Assembly: GCA_012295275.1 (NCBI GenBank)
Contig: CM022670.1
Location: 21,948,001-22,012,000, forward strand
Reading direction: 5' to 3'
Source: Chrysomallon squamiferum
Lineage: Eukaryota > Animalia > Mollusca
Length of the DNA: 64,000 nucleotides
Shown here: in pieces, positions 1 through 19,439 of the stretch
Position numbering within the stretch: the first letter of the stretch is position 1
How the letters are laid out: each line of letters opens with the position of its first letter
Program-made: the position numbers and the translations under genes
Notes under the pieces: model-generated
What the model was told of the DNA's origin: nothing
What the model saw: only the letters and a program-made list of their open reading frames with translations
Database searches by the model: none

Positions 1-777
1 TCTTTTTCTGAGTTAAATCAGTATTTGTGTAACAGTGTCCGATATCTCTCGAGCAAATTATGACTTTCACAGTGATTCAGCTCGACATTTACATTAATTA
101 GTTAGCTCTTCTTCTGCTTCTTGTAAATGCCATTGTTTGTTATTTGTTTGTGTGTTGTTTTTTATTCCTTTGTTTTTTATTTATTTATTTAAGAACGTTA
201 AAAAATAGCAAATGTTCATTAAAAGTTTTCAAATTTCTGTCTTCTTAGCATACAGAAATACATAGAAACATAAACATCCACGATTCAGTGACAACCACAC
301 ACAGAAACATACATACACACTTGTATGTGTGTGTTTGTGTCGTGTACGTATATGTATATACTGTGACTCTGGTGACACAAGTTATTAGAAGGATACATTT
401 ATAATCTTATTAAGTATATAAACACATTCAAACAAAAAGTAAAACAAGTATTTTATTTGAATAAAACCAGTAGAAGCTATTACATGTAGCTGTCAAGGTC
501 ATATTTACACAGAGTTAGTCTGAAAGAATTAAAATAAATGACATAAAATAAGTGCGAGTAACGAAGTAGTATATGTACAAAAAAGAGGAAAATGTTTTAT
601 CTAAAAAGACCTCGATAGATATCATACACAAAAAATATTTCTGTTTTTATCTAACTCGTTTTAGAAAAAAAAAAGGAAAGTATTATAACGAAGGTATTTG
701 TTATCATGGTATAGATTATTCTTTGTTGTAAACATATCCGAAAAATACTTTAAATGATGACTGTTACTTTCTTTTAA

Positions 778-7511
<6,734 letters not shown>

Positions 7512-7739
7512 AGTATGTACTGAAACATAAAGATTGTTTGAATAGACAGTTGTTTATTTTTCATTGCAGGGCATTACGTTTCGTCACCTAATGAGTGTTT
7601 ATTTTACATTTAGTTTAATTCACCAAAAAAAACAACAACACACACACACTTTTTCATATAGTATAAAATATTACACAAGTCTGATGTAAGGGTCTTTTAA
7701 AACAGTTATGGCTTTGTATCTCTTTAAAAAATAAAAATA

Positions 7740-7980
7740 ACGGACAACAAGGAAACACACTGCAGCCATGTTGTGTTAAACTAGACACTGTGATCCCGGA
7801 AGACTTGTTGTTGTTCTTCAAGGCGTAGACGCTTAGTCAACGTTTACTGTCACATTATGTGTATTGTTCCTTCTCACTGCACGGTGCAAACTGAATATAC
7901 ATATGATTAACTGGGTCACACTGCACACATACTCTGTGTCACTCTTCATTCACTGTATAAACAGTATTCTATGAAATACT
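7740..7980 (-). pseudogene. Relic leader start and upstream region of a deleted paralog
   Basis: tgcagccatgttgtgttaaactagacac (ATG GCT GCA GTG on the minus strand) plus an upstream block like the paralog promoters; the coding part breaks off after a few codons. Upstream block repeated at about 50780-50970. Confidence 0.55.
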
Positions 7981-8023
7981 TTTATCAAATAAACAAAGCT
8001 ATAATAATAATAATAATAATAAC

Positions 8024-8061
<38 letters not shown>

Positions 8062-8072
8062 TAATAATAATA

Positions 8073-8103
<31 letters not shown>

Positions 8104-8438
8104 TAATAATAATATAGTAATAATGGTAGTAGGAGCAGCAGTAGTAGTAGTAATAATAATAACAATAATAGTAGTAGTAGAGAGACGTAGTGGTAGTAGT
8201 AGTAGTAGGAGGAGGATTAGTGGTGGTGGTGGTAGTTTTGGTTTGTTGTAATATCAGTAGCAACAATATTAATATCGGAAGTATTTTTGCAGATGAAAAC
8301 AAATATATTAGCACAAAATAACAAATAACGGCTATATTGTCTTTTCTGTTTGAAAGTTTTAAATTTATTACTTCAAATGAGTACAGTTTTTTTCTTCTGT
8401 GTGTGAGTTGCATCTATCTTTTTAGTGTCAGTATGTGA

Positions 8439-8587
<149 letters not shown>

Positions 8588-9622
8588 TACCTGTTTAATC
8601 ATATTTAACAGAAAAAGGAGTATAACGTTACTTCGTCTTTAAATAAAGGAAAATACACAGTTATCTAAAAATAAATCTTTCTCTGAGTTAAATCAGTATT
8701 TGTGTAACAGTGTAAAATATCTGTCGAGCAAATTATAGCTGTCACTGTGATTCAACAAGACATCTACATTAGTTAGTAGTTCTTTTCCTTCTTGTATATG
8801 TCTTTGTTTGTTATTTTTCGGGGTTGTTTGTTCTTCTTGTAGTCGTTATATTTCCTTATTTATTTTTATCGTTCTTTGTGTTATCAAATATGAAAAATTA
8901 CTTCACTAGGTAAATACAGCTGTAATATGCATTTATTTATTTGGTTTTTTGTGTGTTGTTTTTTATTCCTTTGTTTATTTATTTATTTAATAACGTTAGA
9001 AAATAGCAAATGTTCATTAAATTTTGTTTTCAAATTTCTATCTTCTTAGCATACAGTAATACATAGAAACAAACGCATCCACGAAACAAATGACAGCCAC
9101 ACACAGAAACACACATACACACATGTATCTGTGTGTTTGTGTCGTGTACGTATATATATACTGTGACTCTTGTGACAGAAGTTATTAGAAGCATGGGTTT
9201 GTAATCTTATTAAGTATACAAACACATTCATACAAAAAGTAAAACAAGCATTTTATTTGAATAAAACCAATAGAAGTCTGTTACATGAAACTGTTAAGGT
9301 CATATTTACACAGAGTGGAACCTCTTAGTCTGAAAGAATTAAAACTAGTGATATAAAATAAGTGTGAGTAACAAAGCAATGCATGTACAAAAGAGAGGCA
9401 AACGTTTTATCTAAAAAGACCGCGATAGATATCACACACAAAAAATACATCTTTCTTTATTAATCTAATTACTGAACTTCACAATATTTATGTTTTTATC
9501 TAACTCGTTTTAGAAAAAAGGAAAGTATTTTCATGAAGGAATTTGTTATCATGGTATAGATTATTCTTTCTAGAGAATATATCCGAAAAATACTTTAAAT
9601 GATGACTGTTACTTTCTTTTAA

Positions 9623-12600
9623 TTATGTCATGTTTATTTTGTCGTATGGAGATCCTTGGTCAACACATTCAACTTGCAAAGCATCGTAATCATTAGTGTG
9701 TCGTTGGTCATCTTGTGTGCCGTGTTGCGTGTGTCCTGAAGATCTTCTGTTACGTTCGATAGGTCCTTGATGTGAGGAAGAGGCAGAACCATTTGCATCA
9801 TCAACAACAGCTTCGTACACAGGATGAGCCATGGTAGTTGCTGTAGTTTGGTTTTCTCTATTTTTCTCAAAGGTTACAGACGGCTCCGTCGGTTTGGGTC
9901 TTCTCCGATAAACCCTGAAATTGATATTTCTCTTTTCATAGAAACATCTGTTGTGATTTAAATTATAATACAGGTAATACACCAAGTATGATCGATCACT
10001 GATTATTGAGAAATAAATATTCTCGAGTAAATTTGTGAATCAGCGATATATTGATAAAGCATCCCTTCCTCATGAAAATATAAACACAATTATATTTAAA
10101 ACCCCCAAAAATCTAAATCTCATTTTCATAGTAATTAATGTTGACCTAAATCAAAACGTTTAATATTATCGAAAACAAGAGAAAATGCAAAATATATTTT
10201 CTTACGTAATAACAAGAATGAGGGCAGCTCCACTGAAAATCAAGGCTAAAGCTGTGATAGATGACAGAATAATGACACTAGTCTGTGTGGTTTTCTGATC
10301 TGGAACTGAAGATAAATTATCGGTATGTATAGACGAATGAATGTTTTATAACAAATTAGTAAACATACATTGAAGTAAACACAAAATTATTTTTCTACCT
10401 GTGCAGTCCTGTCTTGTCCATCCATATTCACATCCATTTTGACATTTTCCACTGATGTGATTACACTCTGAAAGTCCACTACAGTGTCTTTCTGTACATG
10501 ATCTTGAACATTTTGGACCATACCATCCTTTGTCACAAGCTAAAATCAAAAATGTATTTCCAAGTAGAAAGAAAAATATATACTATATTATTTTGTTCAT
10601 GACTGAAAACAGTTCGAAATTCTCCAAATGATAAAATGTACCAATACAAGAAGTATCCAAATTTAACTGTCCGATGCAAAAAACGTTGAGGTAACCAGTC
10701 TAAAACAAACAATCTTCAAACAATTTTAAACTGTGATTAATGTAAAAACGAAAATATAAAAATAAAATACTCACGTTGCTTACAGAGGTGACCTTGGTAT
10801 CCGTCTTTACAAACTCCTGAACACTTTCCAGAAATAAAATCACACGTTTCTGTTTTACACTGACCACACGTAGAATTACAGTCAAATCCGTATTTTCCAG
10901 ATCTGCATTCTGAAAACAAAAAGTGCCAACTTACACATCAGTTTCAGCTGTGATGAGAATAATAACAATAGTACTGCTGACAAAGATAATGCATTGTTAT
11001 AAACATAGAAACTCTTACCTATCCAAATAAATATATATGCACATAAGATACAAACACAAACACGCACACACATACAAGAACATGCAAACAAGAAAATACA
11101 GTGATTCTTAAATATTTCAAATGAAACAATGGTTGAACAAGGTAAAAAAAAAAAAAAATAAAAATAAAAATGAAATGTAAAAAACGATAATAATAATAAT
11201 AACTAACCCCAAAACAATAAATAGATGAAGAAACTAAGAAAAACAAATAAAAAACTTGATATCCAGCTTTTCAGCCATTTTTACATTGTCCTTGTATTGT
11301 TTTTACATTCACCACAAATAAAATTACAATTAGATCCCAATTCTGCACAGTCTCATTCTGGATACAATGGAAAAGATCTGTTACTTATGTAATTTAACAT
11401 CTATAACACATTGCACTGTAACATAGACCAATCTTTGTATCAGTAAAAACTAAATATAATCATTTGTAAGAAGAGAAAAGAAAATAAAAATAAAAAATAA
11501 AAGTAAATAGATAAAAAAAAAAATTAAATAAATAAAATAAAAAGATAAAATTAAAACAAAAACTGAAATCTAAAAATGTACAACCAAATTTAACTGTCCG
11601 ATGCAAAAAACGTTGAGGTAACCAGTCTAAAACAAACAATCTTCAAACAATTTTAAACTGTGATTAATGTAAAAACGAAAATATAAAAATAAAATACTCA
11701 CGTTGCTTACAGAGCTGACCTTGGTATCCATCTTTACAACCTCCTGTACAATTTCCAGAAATAAAATGACATGTTTCTGTTTTACACTGACCACACGTAG
11801 AATTACAATCAAATCCGTATTTTCCAGATCGGCATTCTGAAAACATACAAAGTGCTAGCTTACACATCAGTTTCGTAATTTTTATTTGTATTAATATATT
11901 CACACATACATACATACCTACACCTGTCAGTTATCTATATTTGATTCTTGCATTTTTCTATTATGTTTTCTATTTTTTGTTCTTTCTTTACCAATACTAC
12001 TACTACTACTACTATTACTACTAGTACCTATTATTACTATTACTATTACGACTACTACTATTACAACTACTACAACTACTACTACTACCACCACTACCAC
12101 TACTACTACTTGTACTACTACTCCTAATACTCATATTGTTATTATCATCACTATTATCATTATTATTATTTACATTCACTTCAGTGCATGGATCCTTATA
12201 GTTTTTCCTTTTTATTATTATCAGTATTATCAATATGATGATGCTGATTACTATTATTATTATCATGATAGTCCTGTAACAATATCGCCATTTACTCTAA
12301 CTGAATTTAGGATATGTGAAATGTAGAGTACGACTGACTTTGTTTGCACAAGATTCCGTCGTAACCTTCAGTACAACCTCCAGTACAATTTCCAGAAACT
12401 CTATCACATGGCTTGCTTCTACAGTTCCCACATCTAGATTCACAGTTTTTATCATATGATCCTGGATTACATTCTGCAGTTATTGAAATAGGAACAAAAC
12501 CAATAAAATAATGAACAATTGTTTAACGACAAAACAGTTGATTTTAATATTAAGAATAATTATGTTTCAGGCCTGCTTCTCAGAAAGAGAGCCTCCTTCA

Positions 12601-13019
12601 TAACTTTCAAATACTTATGATCAGTAAGAATTTAAACTATTATTGTATAATTAAATCATTTCTTCAAACTTTCCACACTGTTTTAAAAATGTTGTATTGA
12701 TAACTGTGTTTCTATGTATTTCAAAGCGAACACTGATCCTATACCTTTTCTACAGTCTGTTCCATTCCATCCTGACGTACATCCTGCAGTGTCACACTTT
12801 CCTGTCTGTACGTCACAAGACGAGTGTGTGTTAACACAGTGACGTTTTTTACACAACTTGTCACAGTTAGAACCATACTTCACGTTCAGCTCACATGCTA
12901 ATATAATGTGATGTTATATAAATACCTTGTTACAGATATAATCCTTTTTTTAAATATTATTGTTTCGACTGTAACATTTAGTACATGATGACTTTCAACA
13001 ACATTATGAACCAATAACC

Positions 13020-13089
<70 letters not shown>

Positions 13090-15101
13090 TTTTTTTTTTT
13101 CATCATCATATTAATCATTCTCCGGAAGAACAGGAGTTTTAAAATAATAATAGTTTAAGCAAATTGCTCACATTAACTCACAAGATATCGTTCAAGTGCA
13201 TGATGATAAATTATTAACATATTTATCCAGAAGAAATGTTCATAGTATTTATATACTTAAGATTTGCAAGAATTTAAACTATTAATACATAATTACAATA
13301 TTTTGTTTCTTCAAACTTCCAATCTGTTTTTCAAGGTTGTATTCATAACTCTGTTTCTATATATTTCAAAGCAAACACTGAACCTGTACCTTCTTTACAG
13401 TCTGTTCCAGTCCATCCTGCCTTACATCCTGCAGTGTCACACTTTCCTGTCTGTATGTCACAAGATGAGTGTGTGTTAACACAGTGACGATTTTTACACA
13501 ACTTATCACAGTTAGAACCATACTTGACATTCAGTTCACACGCTAATACAGTGTAATGTAATGTAATGTAAATACTTTCTCAGACATATAATATTCGTTT
13601 ATTTTTAGTACTGTGTTTTGAATGTAACATTCAGTACATTATGATATTCTACAACAATTGTTTAAAACACTGTGAACCAACAACAGTTATTTAGTATTAC
13701 TGTTGTTGTTCTTATTATTAATTATTATTCGTCATCATAATCATCAATATCATCATTATTAATAAATCATCTGGTTACTTATTGGTAGTTTTATTCCTGT
13801 GAAAAGGAATCTTTAAATAATTATAGTTTAAGCAAATTGTTTACTTTAACTCACCATATACTTCAACTTCCAGAAAATCTAAAGCTGTACCAATGTCTTG
13901 ACCATTGTTTGTTCCTTGGTAGACAGTCACATATCTGGCATTAACATTACACGTGAAATTCACGACATCATTAATATCAGATCCATCTTGTTTACCACTA
14001 ACAGTACCACACAGATGTCCTGTGTTAGATGAATTAACTGCTGTGTTTGTGTAGATCTGTACTCCTCGTCTTCGTTTTTTGACTTTAGTACATAAAAATA
14101 TATATGAAATATAGAGTTTTATGTATCCCATTATATAAAGTTATTAATCTGAAATAAAGTTGCAATGTTCTAATAAATAAATAAATAAATAAACTTTTAA
14201 TATCGCGTTTTACTGAAAAGGAGGAAAACAACAAGAACAACAAAAGAAGACAAATTAAAAACTGTAATCATCTGCTGTCTACATTCCTGTTTAAATACAG
14301 TAAACATGCTCTCTTGAAAATATTCCATTTAGTGTATGTGTATTTATATAATAACTGTAATTAATCAAGTCATTCTGAATAATATATATACTACACGACA
14401 CACGATGTAAATATAAAATGTGCATCAGCGTGCTGTATAATGTGATCTTCCTTCAACTTACTGTAATTATACAATAAATATGTAATTATACTATGAATAT
14501 GTATATGTGTGTATGTATGTATTTATGAATTAAAAAAATGCACTGGCACAGGAAATTCTTTTATTACTCAAAATATTAATCAGTTTCTAATTTTATGTCT
14601 AGGGATTCGATTTAACTTAAAATTGACCATTGTAATGTTTATCACAGTTTGTTTTGTGTGTATGTATGTATGTATGTATGTATGTAGTTTAGGATTTTCA
14701 ATATTCTTATGTACGTGTGAATAGACTCTGCACATAGGCAATATTCGGGAACGCACTAGCGCAGGAGGACAAAGTCCAATCACGACCTCACAAACCCGTC
14801 AGATACCGCTGACATGACTCGAACGTAAGGCACACATTCGCACGCACTCCAAAGGCGGACGATGTCACCGTTCGGCTATAAGACAACCTTAAAAAAGTTG
14901 CTCCATAACCGAGTGTAATCATCGCGTCCCTCGAAGCACGCCGTTCTTTGTCTTTCGTCATTCTTGCGTGCATCTATTTTTTGTGAGAAACCTGGCACTG
15001 GCAAGTGTGTAGCTTAGGATATTTAATATTCTCTCTCTTATGTATGTATCTATGAATGTATTTATGTATGTATGTATGTATGTATGTATGCAACTATCCA
15101 T

Positions 15102-15146
<45 letters not shown>

Positions 15147-15755
15147 AAGAGATATATATATATACGTACGTATATAGGTATGTATGATATATGTGTATGT
15201 ATGTATGGTATGTGTATATATACATCTATGTACGTACGTATATATAAAATGTAGGTTTTCATGAATATGCTGGTATTGTTTTATCTATATTTATAAATTT
15301 AGAAAACAAACTAAAAACAAATACAATAACAAACAAACAAACAACAACAACAACAACAACAACAATAATAATAAGAAGAAGAAGAAGAAGAAGAAAAGAA
15401 AAAGTAGTATATGATCAGAAATAGATATATACAAAATGCACTTCACTAAAATATATTTACTTACAATCAGTTCTAAAATATATTTTGACTTCACGAACAA
15501 AGTACAGTTTTCCTAGATCCACTTCCCACCACGTGTAAGATTTGCCTATGGCTGTGTGCATAAAGTTTTGTCCATTTTGTTTTGTGACTCCATCAACAGC
15601 TGTAGATGCTTTGAAATTACCAAGGTAAGAACTCTGGTAAGCTGGCTTTCCTTTAGCTACATTTACTGATCAAAATGAAATGAAAAAATATTTAATAAAA
15701 ATATGAATAGCAATATCGTACACATATACACAGCGACATACGAAGATACACAAAC

Positions 15756-15787
<32 letters not shown>

Positions 15788-16309
15788 AAACATTCCTATG
15801 CAGGACCCACACATATTATTATAACAAATTCGTTAGTATATTATGTCTAATCAAATATTCGGAGAATTCTGGCAGTAACATTTCTGGGCAGATTATGTCT
15901 ATATCTATAATCTAGGTATATACACAAGACACACATATTCACACAAATGTACATAGACATGCATAAACACACACATACAAATAGAAGGTATAGGCATATA
16001 TTGAGACATATGTATGTAGTTTAAGATTTTGAATATTCTCTATCCTATATACAAACAATATATACATACACACAAACATACACAGCTTCGTATTTAACTA
16101 TATATTAATTATAAGCATATAGGACGAACACGCAAACACACACTCACACGCGCATGCACACATAAACACATACATACATACACACGTACATACATATATC
16201 TATGTGTGTATATATGTTTAAACGACTTACCAAACTCTGCTAAAATGTGAACTTGAAACGTGAAAAGAAAACAGAGAAAAACATAAAACTCCAAGTAAAC
16301 TGCAGCCAT
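9623..16309 (-). CDS. Gene B: F-type lectin + 6 EGF-like + TM + ITAM-like tail receptor (about 583 aa)
   Basis: Exons: leader 16231-16309; FTLD 15465-15665 and 13855-14082; EGF 13390-13542, 12745-12897, 12339-12473, 11702-11836, 10775-10909, 10399-10539; TM 10206-10305; tail 9623-9914. All GT-AG, total 1752 nt. Tail carries YEAV and YDAL-x10-YDKI. Confidence 0.9.
14684..15042. mobile_element. GC-richer dispersed repeat between the FTLD exons of A, B and D; related ends inverted in gene C intron
   Basis: Copies at about 4175-4410, 14684-15042 and 47872-48240 begin tagtttaggatttt(c/g)aatattct and (B, D) end in a similar direct repeat next to (TATG)n; reverse-oriented related ends at about 22450-22520 and 23500-23570; absent from the equivalent intron of C. 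Confidence 0.5.
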
Positions 16310-16500
16310 GTTGTGTTAATCTAGACACTGACATCTAGGGTCTTGTTCGTGGCGCACATGTTTACTCAACTTTTAGTTTAACGTTATGTCTATTGTTCCT
16401 TCTTACCGCATGACGCAAACTGATTACAGGTTATGACACTGCAGATAGACCAGTTATCAGGTTTCATTCACTGTGTGTACACTAATCTATAAAAAAATCT
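16310..16500 (-). promoter_or_regulatory. Putative proximal promoter block shared by A, B, C and D leaders
   Basis: Directly upstream of each ATG; contains TGACGCAA (CRE/C-EBP-like; 5793, 7267, 16411, 27558, 49141) next to a TTCCTT ETS-like core. Conservation may only reflect recent duplication. Confidence 0.3.
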
Positions 16501-16558
16501 TGCAAGCGCGTACCCGTTTATAATCTTTAATAGAAAACGGAAAATACTGCTGCACATT

Positions 16559-16659
<101 letters not shown>

Positions 16660-16720
16660 TACAGAGACAGAGCAAAAACAGATCAATATAAATAAGGTTT
16701 AACATTTTTTCTTTTTCTAC

Positions 16721-16769
16721 AGAGTTCATGGGTGTGTTCCTGGCTGGCAGGGTGTGGACTGTAACAAAA
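16721..16769 (+). pseudogene. Third inverted EGF pseudo-exon (internally deleted)
   Basis: After tttctacag, reads GCVPGWQGVDCNK then a GT donor; flanks match 51606-51655 and 51800-51900. Confidence 0.6.
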
Positions 16770-17535
16770 GTACACAAGTGCTCACATAAATAATGTACAT
16801 GACATTATATCCATGTACAATTATGTGTGTGTGTCTGTGTGTGTGTGTCTGTGTGTGTGTGTGTGTACACAAACGTATTTATATATATATGTGTGTGTGT
16901 GTAAATTTGTGTCTGTGTGATAGATAGAAAAACAAACGACAGAAAAAAGTAAATGCATAGACACACGCACACAGACACAAAACACTTGCACACACATAAA
17001 CAACACAAACACACATACACACACATACACACACAACAAACATATACACACACACACACACACACACAAACATGCACACACACAAAAACTATTATTTCTG
17101 TGAACGAGCGGTTTCGTCGTCCTTGTCATATTAGACAAAATTTTATTTTATTTGTTGTATATAAATTATTACATATTACGTTTTCTGTAAGAATTACAGT
17201 CATTACAGTCCATGTTGGGTTTTTGGGAAACACTGGTGTCTATACTTTGTTTTTCTTTTCTTTTATTTTGGTTTTTGTGTTGTTGTGTTGAGTTAGTTAG
17301 TGAACTTGACAACACCATGCAATAAAGTGTAGCATGATGTGTAGAAACCAATATATGGATATATACATACACGTTCATATGCACATACATATACACACGT
17401 GCACACACGTAAACAAACCTATATATATAAATATATATTGGTTTGTACACATCATGCTACACACACACATACACACATATACACACACATTATTCTACAA
17501 AAAAAAAAAATTAAAAAAATAAATAATCTAACTAA

Positions 17536-17700
17536 CGTGATTACTTAGTTCTGTCTTTGATCTCTTGTTGCTTCTGTTGGCCCATGGCTATATGTTCTTT
17601 GATGGCTTGAAAAGGTGCGAGTATCATTTATCTATTGTAAATGAAATAATATTATTTTTCTAAAATAATAATAATGATAAAACATTATTATTATTATTAT

Positions 17701-17750
<50 letters not shown>

Positions 17751-18010
17751 TTGGTGTCATTATAACGTAATAAATAATAGGATTTATATATATATTCAGT
17801 TTATTTTTTTATTTTCAGTCACGAGCCTCTGCTGATATCGGCGACTTCGAGGATGCCAAGAAACAAGGTGAGAACGCGAGAAACATCGCGACTGTAGCCA
17901 TTGTTACTGGCGCCGTACTTATAATAGCGTGTCTCATAATACGGCTGATGATACACAGTGCGGTGATGTCCCGGATCCACAGTCGTGATTACAACGCCAC
18001 ACACTACTAA
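17536..18010 (+). pseudogene. CD225/dispanin family (IFITM/PRRT-like) two-exon pseudogene or fragment
   Basis: Exon 1 17536-17614 reads RDYLVLSLISCCFCWPMAICSLMA*K with GT donor at 17615; exon 2 17819-18010 after tttcag reads SRASADIGDFEDAKKQGENARNIATVAIVTGAVLIIACLIIRLMIHSAVMSRIHSRDYNATHY*. Matches CD225 hallmarks (DY, CC..P, SR..GD..A..AR, C-terminal TM). In-frame TGA at 17608-17610, phase mismatch at the junction, no 5' start found. Confidence 0.75.
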
Positions 18011-19439
18011 CTCGTAAGTCTGCTTCGACAACAGCTATCACTTGAAAATAGACGTAGTCTTCTAAAACACAAAACAAAACACAACAACAAAACAAACAAA
18101 CAATGTTAACTGGTGTTCGTTTTTCGATGTGCCCATAACATTTTCATTTCTGAAATATGCATTGTAGAACATTCCATCTACAGTCTGGTACATAAAAAAG
18201 ATTATCGTAGTGAACTATTGATAATGAAGCCATAATGATTTCTTAAAGAAATCGCTACAAAAGCCAAGTATGTTTCATTAAGTAAATAATGTTTATTTTT
18301 TTTTTTTTTTTTTTATGTCTCTTTGTCGTATGGACTTCTTATTAGTGATTACATAATGTGATAAACAGTAAATGTTTTAGAAACAGGCTCAGAGTCACAG
18401 CAATCTTCAACAGCTATGATCCAACACATTCCAACTGAGACGACGTGATTCCTCACCACCCTGAATATATGGATGTAGAAAAACAGCATCCGCTGGAAAA
18501 GCAAGACAACTTTAAACAAAAAAAAACAAAAAAAAAATATCGTTCAAACAACGAAGAATGTCGTTGTTTTGTTTATGCGCATACTCTGTATGCATAGAAA
18601 TTAGCCTACAACAATAACGAAACAATAATTTGAATCATCCTTGTCAGGTCAGACACTGACAGGAATTTAGCGAACTGTGTTTTACAGCTGTTACCATTGA
18701 AACATACTAGATTGTATTTAGAACAGGAATATACATCTGCATTTCGAAATTTCTCGAGTTTGTGAATTTGTCAAAATAACTAGTCTGAATGGTATTAATA
18801 CCTATAATTTGGCTCGTCCCGTCTAAAGAGCGTCACGTGACAAGGTGTTAAAGTTCCAAGACAGCTTAAACTACTAAATGACTATTCTGTGTTCATTAGA
18901 GAACAACAATGCAAACACGAATTCAATATGGATAATTGTTACATATATATACATATAATTAAGCCCATTTGGTTACTTGAATGTTCTAACTAATCTTTTA
19001 ATTATTAAAATAAGTTATCTTAGTTTGTTACTTAGTTTTCAGGATAAGTAAGTACCACAGAATAACACAATAAAATATCCAACAATAATAGATTTGGCTA
19101 TCTTCAATCAATCGACATGTATGTTAGAAAAAACCACACCATTAAACCGTAATCACCATTGACGGAGTTACCTTTTGTGCAAGAAGGCGCACCGATCAAA
19201 ATATCTCATTTAAAACGCGCGCCGAATTTTTACAGACTTCGAGCGCGCGTTGAGTAAACGACTCTGCAAACAGCCTTTGTGAATTTACTTTGCAACTTAA
19301 ATGCTAATTTTGAGTTTGTTAATCCCAGAGTTTCTTAGTTTAAGGAATAACGGAACTTCCACTGATTAGAATAATTCAGTTTCTAAACAGCCCATGGGCG
19401 TGTTTATACTCTCTGCTGTTTAGTTTAGGTGAAGATATT

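Noticed and set aside
17200-17245. Possible plus-strand EGF relic (HVGFxGKH)
   Set aside because: Too short, needs a frameshift and lacks the Cys pattern.
17819-18031. Minus-strand 70-aa ORF MSKQTYELVVCG...
   Set aside because: Antisense shadow of the plus-strand CD225 exon, which has a proper acceptor and family motifs.
18380-19430. Unique, locally GC-richer sequence downstream of the CD225 relic
   Set aside because: No ORF, TIR or RNA-gene structure I could support; may be UTR or TE debris.
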